Source of the DNA: an uncultured delta proteobacterium
GTDB lineage: Bacteria; Desulfobacterota; Desulfobacteria; Desulfobacterales; JAFDCJ01
Direction: 5' to 3'
DNA length: 64,000 bases
Assembly (NCBI GenBank): GCA_963769935.1
Contig: CAVYNY010000016.1
Coordinates: forward strand, 64,001-128,000
Under the pieces are notes generated by a model. The model saw only the letters and a program-made list of their open reading frames with translations, did not search any database and was not told the DNA's origin. The translations under genes were made by a program, and so were the position numbers. Of this stretch, positions 1 through 9,254 are shown piece by piece; position 1 is the stretch's first letter; each line of letters starts with the position of its first letter.

Positions 1-132
1 TCCTTCGCGAACCAAAAACTGGCCGAGTTTCAAATTGCTCTTCTTTTGAAAGGGCAGCGCCTCTTCCAACTGCTTTTGCGTCAGCAGGCCGCCCTCTACT
101 AATATTTCACCTAATTTCTTTCTCGCTCTCAA
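1..132 (-). CDS. N-terminus of PilB/GspE/MshE-family pilus ATPase (MshEN domain), runs off window start
   Basis: Not in the ORF track. Manual translation from TTG at 132 gives MRARKKLGEILVEGGLLTQKQLEEALPFQKKSNLKLGQFLVREG, a tandem MshEN-type motif. Lies downstream of the secretin operon. Confidence 0.8.
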   Translation of the reverse strand, partial: MRARKKLGEILVEGGLLTQKQLEEALPFQKKSNLKLGQFLVREG

Positions 133-157
133 TTTTTATCTCTTATTCCATAGCGTT

Positions 158-1969
158 TTAGTTTTTCAGGTTCAAATAAGGATTGGCAAAATAAACAGTC
201 CCCTTATCCCACCATGACATTATCGCTGGACTGGATGCCATGCCGGCGGGGATTTTTTGCAGCTCATTGCGCGCGGTCTGTTCATCCTTGAAGGCCTTGT
301 TTAAGATTAACGCAAACCGGGTGCCGTCCGAAGGACTCCAGTACGGTATCAAACGAACGGCCGGCGAGCTGTCGGAAAGATTGCGCAGGAGGCTATAGGC
401 AGCTTCCAGTGAATCTTTTTCGTCAACTTTGACCCACCAGACGGGGGTTTCCGGTGGCTTGACCCTGACAGGGATGGCTGGCAGGGATATAATCTGGCCG
501 ACTTCAACATGGTCGGGATCTTCAATAGCGGGATTGGCCATGATGAATGATTTGAAATACCGAGAACTATACCCGCCATAGACGCACTGGATTATCCGCG
601 ACAGGGTCTCATTGCGCTGGAGGGCCAGTTGTCCCAGTATCGCCGCATAGGAGGGCTGGGAAACTGCTACGGCACGAGCCTCGGAAAACGTTTTACCCGC
701 AGGTGCCGACTCATGTGCCGGGTCCTCCATCTGTCTAGGCTTCCCCGTCTCAGGCAACTGCGCCACCGTTAACGGGTCTTGGCCGGTTGCCGGATCGCTG
801 TTATTTTCCACCGGCGTGATATTTTTCACACTTTGTCCATTGAATGAATCGGCTGCCTGAGCCGGCTCTTTTTGCTCAAGTACGGGCTCAGGGTCCGGTT
901 CGCTGCGGTTCAGGTCGGGAAAATCCGAAGCAATGATGTGGGCGCTGTAAGTCTGGGGCTTTGGTTCAGGAACCCGCCTACTGATTTCCGGATTGCGTTT
1001 TGGGGAGAATATGCTTATCAAGCTCTGAATACCGCGAGATTGCAGAGCTCGGTATCGATCCGACGGCTGTAAGATTAACAGGGTCAATGCAATCACCCCG
1101 GCCACGGCGGCCGCTGTTCGGATGCGCCTTTTTTTTTGGGCTTCTTCCGGGAACACCCTGCGGGCACAGGTGCTGACCAGGAAATATCCGACTTTGGACC
1201 GATTTTGAATGATCATCGACAAAATGCTCTGGTGACAGAGGTTGATGATTTTTCGAGGATATCCGCCGGTAAGGCGATATATGACCCACAACGCCTGATA
1301 GGTGAACAGATGCAGTTTTTGGGCAGAATTGCTGGATTTTTCCAGCCGATATTTTATCATCAGCCGCGTATCGCGGAAATTCAATGGTCTTAACTGGTGG
1401 TACAAATTGATGCGGTCGGCAAAATTGGGATATTTGCGGATGGTGCTCTCAAACTCTTTCTGGGCAAAAATGACAATTTGCAATAATTTAAATTCATTAG
1501 TCTCATAATTTAGAAATTCACGCAAAATTTCCAGGCAAAACGCCGGTATTTTTTGCCCTTCATCAATAATGAGCACGATGGTTTTGTTCTCATCCACGCC
1601 TTTGCTGAATAGATGCTGCTTAATCTGTTCCTTTGCCTGCCAGTCATGGCTTCCCGCCGGCGGTTTTTTACCGGTAAACAATTCGGTTACAGTGGCCAGG
1701 AATTCGGTAGCGTTGAGAAAATACGGATCCAGAATAAGATGGGTCTCAACCTCATCCTTCTGGGAAAAGCGGCGGATGAGCTGACGACACATGGTGGTTT
1801 TACCGGTTCCGACATCCCCGATGATCACGTTCAGTCCCCGACGAAGCAGCAAAGACAGCTCTAATTTTTGCAGGCAGTCCAGATGCTGGCGGGAATGAAA
1901 AAAAAATTCGGGATCCGGCGAATTGGAAAACGGCTCCCTGCTTAAATTAAGTATGCTGAAATAATCCAT
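158..1969 (-). CDS. ExeA/MshM-like AAA ATPase with TM segment and C-terminal LysM-like peptidoglycan-binding region
   Basis: PFSNSPDPEFFF start, Walker A GDVGTGKT, Walker B IIDEGQ, TGGYPRKIN. LysM-like ETLSRI...NPAIEDPDHVEVGQIISLP. Confidence 0.85.
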   Translation of the reverse strand: MDYFSILNLSREPFSNSPDPEFFFHSRQHLDCLQKLELSLLLRRGLNVIIGDVGTGKTTMCRQLIRRFSQKDEVETHLILDPYFLNATEFLATVTELFTGKKPPAGSHDWQAKEQIKQHLFSKGVDENKTIVLIIDEGQKIPAFCLEILREFLNYETNEFKLLQIVIFAQKEFESTIRKYPNFADRINLYHQLRPLNFRDTRLMIKYRLEKSSNSAQKLHLFTYQALWVIYRLTGGYPRKIINLCHQSILSMIIQNRSKVGYFLVSTCARRVFPEEAQKKRRIRTAAAVAGVIALTLLILQPSDRYRALQSRGIQSLISIFSPKRNPEISRRVPEPKPQTYSAHIIASDFPDLNRSEPDPEPVLEQKEPAQAADSFNGQSVKNITPVENNSDPATGQDPLTVAQLPETGKPRQMEDPAHESAPAGKTFSEARAVAVSQPSYAAILGQLALQRNETLSRIIQCVYGGYSSRYFKSFIMANPAIEDPDHVEVGQIISLPAIPVRVKPPETPVWWVKVDEKDSLEAAYSLLRNLSDSSPAVRLIPYWSPSDGTRFALILNKAFKDEQTARNELQKIPAGMASSPAIMSWWDKGTVYFANPYLNLKN

Positions 1970-2069
1970 TGATTTGGCCGACTATGAATATTCAATTATA
2001 GGAAGATAGCTAATATTGCCCGATATTTCGCGGAAACCCATAATGAAAAAAAATCAAACCTGCTAAATC

Positions 2070-3598
2070 CTAGCCGCCGGAACCTTTCGGCTTCAGGATA
2101 TGCGGCGTGATAAAAATGAGCAGTTCCTCCATTTGATCGGAGCTGCTTTTACGTTTAAACAGATACCCCAGACCCGGGACATCCTCCAGAAATGGTGTTC
2201 CCGTGTCATTGCGGCTCGACGTATCAATGCTCAAACCGCCGATGACGATGGTCTGTCCGTTATTCTGGAGGACGTTGGTCTCGGCATTTTTGGTGATAAT
2301 GGTCGGGTTGCCAAGGACGGTTCTGGAAAAATCCGGCTGGTCCTTTTTTACCTTTATGACCATTTTAAGGGTCTCGCTGTCAATTACATGCGGTGTTACA
2401 TCCAATCTGAGCACCGCTTTCTTATACTCGACCTTTACCTCGCCGTCTTCTACCGACTGATAGGGAACATCCTGACCACTCTCGATAAAAGCATTCTGGT
2501 TGTCCAGGGTGGTGATCGAAGGACTCGACAGGATGTGGAGTTTGCCCTGATCCTGCAAAGCCGAAAGCTGGGCCGATAGAATGTATTCCCCTACCTTGGC
2601 GTAGATCAGCCCCAGGGTCGTGGGATCAAACCCGCTCAGCGACGAGGCCGGCAGGTTAACCACCGATCCTGAAGTCACATCTATCGGCCCGTCGAGTGGG
2701 ATGGTCTGCGTTCCGGTTTGCTGCCCGGTAAAAATCGCCTGCTTATCGCCGCTTTTCCCGGCATAAATGCCGCCCCACTGGATACCCAGCTCACGGGCAA
2801 CATCCTTGTTGGCCTCAACAATGTAGCGCTTCGATCAGCACCTGGGGGGTGGGACGGTCCAGCCTTTCAATTACCGCCAGGATGTTGTCCATATCACTTT
2901 TAATTGCCTGAATAATCAATGCGTTGGAGTGCTCATCCACCAGGATGGATCCGATCGGTTTGCCGCTCTTGTCAACCGCGACAAATTTATTCAAGATTGT
3001 CTTTGAGTTTGGTGGGCTCCATGTATTTAACTGCCACAATCCGGGTCAACGGCGACTGGGAAAGGCTCAATTCTCTGCTGCGGGCCTTGCTTCGAATATC
3101 GGCATCCAGATCCTCGGAAGTCATAATGCGGATAATGTCGCCTTCCCAGGCGTAGGTCAGCCCATGGGTCTTCAAAATACCTAAAAACACCTGATCCCAG
3201 GGCGCCTGGTTAATATTGATATCGACTTTTCCGGTAACTTTCTCGTTGAGAATGATATTCTGATCAGCAGCCTTGGCAAGCGCGCGCAACAGCACGGACA
3301 CATCAATACTGTTCATCTTCAGGCTTATTTTGCGCGTGGGAAGCGGTTTTTCGACTTCAGGTTTAACCTTTTCCACCATCTCTTTGGGGCCTATCTCAAA
3401 GGGCGCTTCATTAGCCGGAGGAGGTTTGACCGCAGAATGCCCCTTTGATTCTTCTGCCTTAACCCGCCACTGCTCAAAAAACGGGTCTTGGACATCTTTT
3501 AGTTCATGATTCTGAGAACAGCCGTTGATCCAGGCCGCCGTCATGCAAAGACACAGCATTCCCGTAAAAAATGTAAATACACGCATAAATATAGCCAT
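2070..3598 (-). pseudogene. pilQ: PilQ-type lipoprotein secretin interrupted by two +1 frameshifts (about 2989 and 2825); true pseudogene or assembly error
   Basis: Three ORF pieces join into about 508 aa: lipobox-like WINGC, ISLKMNSIDVSVLLRALA, VDEHSNALII, LDRPTPQVLIEA(H/Y)IVEA...ELGIQWGG, secretin C-terminus PFLEDVPGLGYLFK...ELLIFITPHIL. Confidence 0.85.
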
Positions 3599-3610
3599 CG
3601 GTTATCAATC

Positions 3611-4105
3611 CTATTCGATTTCTTCCATTGGAAGGATCAAAGTTTTATTCTTATTATCGGGTGCAGCGACCACGACATGAGAAGGACTAATACTCTGCAC
3701 AACCAGTCCGGCCCGCTCCAATATGTCACCGACCTCATATTCCATCCCATTGATGATTGCCAGCCGTTTATTTCCCATTTCCAGAAATCCGGTGTATAAC
3801 ATCTTGCTGTTCAATGCCAGCGGTTGCCTTTGCGCTTCTTCATCCCGGGCCAATTTGGGTCGGATCTGAATAAAGGGGTCCTGTTTCCATTCAGCCTGGG
3901 CTTTCTGCAATATATAGGTCTGCTCTTTTGACAGGCCGGTCTTAGTTTGATCGGCAACTTTGGTAACAAACGAGTTGAGTGTTTCCAGTTCCTTATGGCC
4001 ACTTGAAACTGACACCGCGCGCGGTGCAGAAAAAAACACGGTGTATACACCATAAACTACGGCCAAGACCATAAGGCCAACAATTACTTTTTCTCTGTTA
4101 GTCAT
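3611..4105 (-). CDS. PilP/GspB-like pilus assembly protein
   Basis: N-terminal TM, WKQDPF, and LAIINGMEYEVGDIL beta-rich C-terminus. Sits between the pilO-like gene and pilQ. Confidence 0.6.
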   Translation of the reverse strand: MTNREKVIVGLMVLAVVYGVYTVFFSAPRAVSVSSGHKELETLNSFVTKVADQTKTGLSKEQTYILQKAQAEWKQDPFIQIRPKLARDEEAQRQPLALNSKMLYTGFLEMGNKRLAIINGMEYEVGDILERAGLVVQSISPSHVVVAAPDNKNKTLILPMEEIE

Positions 4106-4106
4106 G

Positions 4107-4228
4107 ATTCGAGTTGTGAGCAGCTCTTTCCGGTTTGCAGGTTACGAGTTACGTGATGCGCGTTGCGAGTCTCGGGCCAAAGTTCAGCCTTTTGGTTCCT
4201 ATCATCTGTCCTCTGTCTTCTGTCATCC
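4107..4228. repeat. Intergenic heptamer-unit repeats (TTACGAG/TTGCGAG and TCTGTCC/TCTGTCT)
   Basis: gttacgagttacgtgatgcgcgttgcgag and tctgtcctctgtcttctgtc. Related units occur at 62664 and 43328. Confidence 0.6.
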
Positions 4229-4230
4229 AT

Positions 4231-4764
4231 TCATTTCTGCGCCATCTGGATTCTCAAATTATATTCCCTGGTCCCCTCAATGGCGCGGATTTTGATTTCT
4301 TCGATTTGCTCCAGCGCAGAGATAGCCGATAGATCCAACAAAAAATCACGAAACTGCATAAAATTGCCCGTGAGGCTGATTCGCATCAGCATATTCTCGG
4401 AGTTTTTCATCAGCGCGGCGACATCGGTGCTGATATCCTTCATCTCAAGGTTGTGACGTTTCGCTATTTCCCGCAGGAGATCCGTAATCCCAGTGATACC
4501 GCCGCCTGCCGGTTTGAACTTTGGAGCCGCCGGCAGCTCGGTCGGCTGTTCTTGCTTGGCTCGCTTTAAAAGGCTTTCGAAAACCGGCCGCAATATCCGC
4601 TGTTCTTCTATCCGATCATTTACTTTTTGAATGTCTCGATCCAATTCGGCAGAAGTTTTCTGGCCGGGGATGATTATCATAAAAATAAATGCAATGAGTC
4701 CAGCACCGCATATAACGCTGTAAATAATACTCTGGGTCGGCAGGATTGATAGAATCTTTTTCAT
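4231..4764 (-). CDS. pilO: PilO-like type IV pilus assembly protein
   Basis: N-terminal TM, coiled coil, and ISLTGNFMQFRDFLLDL PilO/GspM-like motif. Operon position fits. Confidence 0.7.
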   Translation of the reverse strand: MKKILSILPTQSIIYSVICGAGLIAFIFMIIIPGQKTSAELDRDIQKVNDRIEEQRILRPVFESLLKRAKQEQPTELPAAPKFKPAGGGITGITDLLREIAKRHNLEMKDISTDVAALMKNSENMLMRISLTGNFMQFRDFLLDLSAISALEQIEEIKIRAIEGTREYNLRIQMAQK

Positions 4765-4775
4765 AAGAATACAGG

Positions 4776-6656
4776 TTATAATAGTTTCAATCGAGCGGTG
4801 AAATTCAGCACCTCCTGATCTTCGTAGCGCTCGAAGGATTTTTTACTTATCGTTGGTTTATCGAACATCGGAGAATTATTTAGCGCCATCAGATAGCTGG
4901 CCAGGGTCGATTCCAGGTTGAGCCGGTCTCCCCTGACGATGCCGCTTAAAACCAGATCCCGATTTTTCTCAGCCTTCTTCCCTTCCGGACCGTTATCCAG
5001 TTGGGCCGCTATGTCGAGCAAGCGCACATTTGCAGGCGTTAGATCCGAAATTTCACTGATAACGGCCACCCCGATGTATTTCTTGCCAATTACCAGGACC
5101 TCCTTATTTTTGGCACGGATTTCATCAACGAGTTTCAATATGAGGCCTTGGTCAACCCGCAGGGTAATAGTTTCAAGCTGATGCTGTAATTGCGCTTGCT
5201 GATATTCTTTCTCCTTAACGGTGCCGGCCTGGAAGTATGACACCCCAACGCAGATTGACATCAACAGGAGAAAGCCGGCAAAAACAGCTCGGTTGATCCT
5301 CTGGCTCCTAACCGCCTTTTGCTTGTCTTTGTAGGTATATAAAAAATTAGGGGTCAGCGTATTGCCGGCGAGAGCCATGCCCATCGCCGGTACATACGAG
5401 CTTTGCTCAGAGACGACTTCAGGGCTAGGCGTCAGGGAAATAAAATTTTCACTGTCCGCAAAAGGATTTAATATTTCCGTAGGAATGCCAAGTTCTTCAC
5501 CGATATAGTCAATGATTCGCTGATGGGGATTTACCCCGCTGGATATATAAATTTTCCCTACCCGGGCATTTTCATAGTTCAACGAAAAATGTCTCAGAGT
5601 TCTTTCCACCTGCCGCACCAGTCGCTCCAGGGCAGGCAAAATCATCTTAAATATTTTATCTTCCTTAAGCAGGCGCTGCCTTTCGTCCATGGCTGATGGT
5701 GAGCTATCATGGATGACACCGAAAAAAAGCTGGTGGGCATGATCCAGTTCAAATTTCAGTTTCTTTTTAATGGCCCGGATTCTTGCGGTATCTTTGGTAG
5801 GCGACTTGGCGATGGAAAGCTCAAACAAATTGCCTTCGATTTCGGTGCGCAGCGCCTCAATCATGGTTTTGACGCCGGCTTTGATGCCGCGGGAAAGCAT
5901 GAGATTTCCTTCAGAAAAAATATCGATACGCGACCAGTCCCGGCCGATGTATAAACTTGACACATGGATTTCGTCAGTAGCGATCCGTCCCGATCTCAGA
6001 AGGGTTTGAAAGGCAAAAGGTACGATTGATATACCCGTGAGGGGAAAACCGGCTTTGTTAAAAAGATCTCTGAGGTCTCTTATCTGCTCCTGAGGGGCAG
6101 TGTAGGCCATGATGTCGATTTTTGTTTTATTGCCGTCCTCGACTTCACCCAGCAATTCAAAGTCAAACAGATTGTCTTTCTCACTAAAAGAAGATAATTT
6201 TTGATACGACCAGTATGCAGAATTGGGGATTTGTTTTTGACTGACCTTTGGTATACGAAGCTGACGTGTTTCCACTTTGGCTGAAGAAATGGTGCACCAG
6301 ATTTCAACGTTCTTTGAATTAGCGCAAAAGTTTGCCAGGACCGGTCTTAAAAATTGGTGAAACTGGGGACTTTCCCGGGGGATATCAGAGTCAAACGGAA
6401 TCCGAGCGTATTCAAGCATTTCGAATTTTTGATCTGAAATCCGGTGAATTTTAACCATTTTTAAATCATCGTGCCCCAGGTCCACCCCGACCGAAATCGT
6501 CTTTCGAAAGGATACCGGATTATAGATAATACCTTTAAGTCGATGGCCAATAGATTTTTGTGACCTTCGGTCGGCGACCGTGTGCTCGGCTTGGCCGTCG
6601 TCACGTATCAGATCAAGAAGCCTTTGGGTTGATGATATCTCATCACGTTTTGCCAA
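4776..6656 (-). CDS. PilM-PilN fusion protein
   Basis: Actin-like PilM motifs VGVDLGHDDLKMV and YIGRDWSRIDIF, then TPNFLY, a TM helix, a coiled coil and a PilN-like SDLTPANVRLLDI...LVLSGIV. Confidence 0.8.
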   Translation of the reverse strand: MAKRDEISSTQRLLDLIRDDGQAEHTVADRRSQKSIGHRLKGIIYNPVSFRKTISVGVDLGHDDLKMVKIHRISDQKFEMLEYARIPFDSDIPRESPQFHQFLRPVLANFCANSKNVEIWCTISSAKVETRQLRIPKVSQKQIPNSAYWSYQKLSSFSEKDNLFDFELLGEVEDGNKTKIDIMAYTAPQEQIRDLRDLFNKAGFPLTGISIVPFAFQTLLRSGRIATDEIHVSSLYIGRDWSRIDIFSEGNLMLSRGIKAGVKTMIEALRTEIEGNLFELSIAKSPTKDTARIRAIKKKLKFELDHAHQLFFGVIHDSSPSAMDERQRLLKEDKIFKMILPALERLVRQVERTLRHFSLNYENARVGKIYISSGVNPHQRIIDYIGEELGIPTEILNPFADSENFISLTPSPEVVSEQSSYVPAMGMALAGNTLTPNFLYTYKDKQKAVRSQRINRAVFAGFLLLMSICVGVSYFQAGTVKEKEYQQAQLQHQLETITLRVDQGLILKLVDEIRAKNKEVLVIGKKYIGVAVISEISDLTPANVRLLDIAAQLDNGPEGKKAEKNRDLVLSGIVRGDRLNLESTLASYLMALNNSPMFDKPTISKKSFERYEDQEVLNFTARLKLL

Positions 6657-6767
6657 AACTATTCTCCGTCTACCTCAGACTTTACAAAAAATGAAATCCA
6701 GCCGGGTCTATCAAGATTTTCGGTAAAAATAGATTTAAAAATTACCTGATTTTAAATGATATTTTTA

Positions 6768-6796
6768 ATTATTTAATAAACTGCCTGAAATGTCAA
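6768..6796 (-). promoter_or_regulatory. Putative sigma-70 promoter of the pil operon
   Basis: TTGACA-17 nt-AATAAT on the minus strand, about 110 nt upstream of the pilM start. Confidence 0.5.
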
Positions 6797-6830
6797 GAAA
6801 TAACGCTTTTGATCATTGAATCATATTCAG

Positions 6831-6859
6831 TTGACAAATGAGACCGCATTTGGTATCAA
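6831..6859 (+). promoter_or_regulatory. Putative divergent sigma-70 promoter
   Basis: TTGACA-17 nt-TATCAA with a TGn extended -10. Confidence 0.35.
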
Positions 6860-7439
6860 GATTAATATAACATAATGATTTTTTTAATAATACAGTACAA
6901 AAAAAATCTTACCGCCATGATTGAGAAACAATCCGGGCAAGGGCGTAAGTGCCATTTTAAATGGAGCGCTTTGGTTTTCACGCGAACTTCTGGTCAAATG
7001 CCTATTTGAATCCAGAGGCAACAGCGATGAACCCGATTTAGTAAAATATGCCCGTTGGACAGCAAAATACCTCTACCCAGGGATCAAATTTAAATTAGGA
7101 CGTTTGACCGATTGATTTCTGCAATCAAATCAGATAAGAAGGTGTTGAAGTCGATAATATAAAGCGGTATTGAATTCTTTATTATTGTCAAATGAGATAA
7201 TAGTCGATAGGATTAAAGGGATTTGAGTGCCTTGGCCTTGTCTGCCTGTCGGAAGGGTGAATTTTAAAAACAGATCACTATTGTTTAGTTGTTAGAACCT
7301 TCAAAGGACGATAAAAGTGGCGGCAAAGCATTACTAAAAACCTCCCGAAAGGTATTGCGGACGGAAGCGGGCGGCATGGCAATCTGCTTTGATAGAAACT
7401 CAAAAATTTTGCCTTTTCCAAGAAAACAAATGATTTAAC

Positions 7440-8483
7440 ATGGAACCTACAATTATCGGCGTCAGCAAAAATATTCAGAGAATAAGAGAGCTGATCGAAC
7501 AGGTTGCCGATACCGGACTGAATACCGTTGTATATGGAGAAACCGGCGTCGGCAAGGAGTTGGTGGTCCAGAATCTTTATCAAAAATCCGATAGAGTCGG
7601 CAAACCTTTTGTCAAAGTCAACTGTGCAGCCCTGCCGGACACATTGCTGGAAAGTGAGATGTTCGGTTACGAACAAGGTGCCTTTACCGGAGCCGAGCGT
7701 CGCAAGCGAGGCAAATTCGAGCAGGCCAGCGGCGGCCTATTATTTCTGGATGAAATCGGGGATATGTCGCTTCCCTTGCAGTCAAAACTTTTACATGTGC
7801 TGCAAGGCGGCGATTTCAGTCCTCTGGGCTCTGAAAAATCCGTTAAAATGGGAGCCTGGGTAATTGCTGCCACCAACCATGAACTTGAAACAGACATGGT
7901 AAACGGTGACTTCAGAGAAGACCTGTATTATCGGTTGAGCACCATAAAGATTCATATCGAGCCTCTTCGCAGCCGTCCCGAAGACATCCCGCTTCTCATC
8001 GACCATTATGTCAAAACCTATACCGCTCAGTTTGACGGTAAACGGCTTTTGACTCCCAGCCCCAAAGCCATCGAGAAACTATCCGCCTACCATTGGCCCG
8101 GCAATGTGCGCGAGCTGCAAAATGTGTTAAAGCGTCTTATGATCCTGGGCAATGGTGAAGACAGCCTGGACGATATGCTCATCGGCCCTCCGGCCAAGCC
8201 CCGGGCAGCCGGTTTGCCGCCATCGGCCGATCAGCCGCCGTCCCCAATGGATTTTTTGGGTTTTGACATTAATAAACCGCCTGATCTTTCGTCATTATCT
8301 TTGAAAAAAATAAAGAAAAAGGCAATGGACCATGTCGAAAAGGAAGTCATTGCCTATGTCCTCGAAAAAACGGGGTGGAATCGCAGCAAGGCTACCAAGG
8401 TGTTGAACATCAGCTATAAAACCTTGCTGTACAAAATTAGAGATCTGGGAATAGAGCCACCGGAAGGTCCCGGGGGAGAATAG
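7440..8483 (+). CDS. Sigma-54-dependent transcriptional activator (AAA+ and Fis-type HTH) lacking an N-terminal regulatory domain
   Basis: GETGVGKE, ESEMFGYEQGAFTGA, LFLDEIG, FREDLYYRL, WPGNVREL, and a C-terminal HTH WNRSKATKVLNISYKTLLYKI. Confidence 0.92.
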   Translation: MEPTIIGVSKNIQRIRELIEQVADTGLNTVVYGETGVGKELVVQNLYQKSDRVGKPFVKVNCAALPDTLLESEMFGYEQGAFTGAERRKRGKFEQASGGLLFLDEIGDMSLPLQSKLLHVLQGGDFSPLGSEKSVKMGAWVIAATNHELETDMVNGDFREDLYYRLSTIKIHIEPLRSRPEDIPLLIDHYVKTYTAQFDGKRLLTPSPKAIEKLSAYHWPGNVRELQNVLKRLMILGNGEDSLDDMLIGPPAKPRAAGLPPSADQPPSPMDFLGFDINKPPDLSSLSLKKIKKKAMDHVEKEVIAYVLEKTGWNRSKATKVLNISYKTLLYKIRDLGIEPPEGPGGE

Positions 8484-8711
8484 TTTATATCGAGAGATTG
8501 TTGAAAAAATGTAACAATGGTATTGGTATATTTTTTCACAATTATAAGAGATTTATTTCACATTTTGCCAAAATTTGTCATTCCCCTGATGGGGGGAGAG
8601 TCAGTGTCAAGCGAAGCAGGCAGAGAGTAATTGCCTGTTTTTTTTCGATTTCACAATGAAGCAATCCAATAAATTTAAGTTGGCTGGGCCGGCAAAGTCA
8701 GTTTGTGATAA

Positions 8712-8727
8712 TGGCATGGAAAATGCT
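8712..8727 (+). promoter_or_regulatory. Sigma-54 (-24/-12) promoter
   Basis: TGGCATGGAAAATGCT, with GG and GC at canonical spacing, about 90 nt upstream of ATG 8817. Confidence 0.65.
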
Positions 8728-8816
8728 TTCTCATCCTGTTTACAAAGAATCGGGTAAGAGGCGGCCGGATCCGTTTCTATCGTGTTCTATCGTGATTTTT
8801 ACGTTCGGTCTTGACC

Positions 8817-9005
8817 ATGGAAAAGAATGAGAATGACATTTTGGAACGGCTGATTTCTTTGGATAATGGAGGCAGAAGATCTGGCGGGGATCGCCGCAAC
8901 TACTCTTATACCCTTCACATCCCGGAAAGAAGAAACGGCCAAGACCGCCGCAGTGGAACAGATCGTCGCCTAAATTCCCGGACCAAGGCCAACCTGCGAA
9001 GCTGA
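8817..9005 (+). CDS. Small Arg-rich protein with repeated (D/E/G)RRxGxDRR motifs
   Basis: MEKNEND...GGRRSGGDRRNYSYTLHIPERRNGQDRRSGTDRRLN. Preceded by a sigma-54 promoter. Confidence 0.75.
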   Translation: MEKNENDILERLISLDNGGRRSGGDRRNYSYTLHIPERRNGQDRRSGTDRRLNSRTKANLRS

Positions 9006-9254
9006 GTAATAGGATACCCATCCAACCTCAATAATCCGGCCTTCTAGATTACGAATTTTAAAAGCACCCTCTTTCCTTTCCCGCTATCCAATAACAGCCC
9101 AAAGTAAAAACTGCGCATTTATTGCCGTACCATCGAATTTTCTCTTGCCGTCGCAAACGCGGTGCAATATGCTCACTGGTAAAGTAAAGAATCCTGACCC
9201 AAAGGACCAGGTTTTCAATGGGGGAATAAACCATTTCCATTGCGGAGGCCTTGG

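Noticed and set aside
2815..2817. TGA in pilQ as selenocysteine readthrough
   Set aside because: Homology continues in a different frame, so this is a frameshift and not recoding.
6921..7115. 64-aa TTG-start ORF in the pilM/activator spacer
   Set aside because: No RBS and no recognisable motif, in an AT-rich regulatory region.
7320..7390. Partial resemblance to a c-di-GMP-I riboswitch (GGCAAA...GAAA...GGACG)
   Set aside because: The P2 stem is interrupted by a 12-nt insert, GCAAAG is altered and the CUAA receptor is missing. An Infernal scan with the c-di-GMP-I model would settle it.
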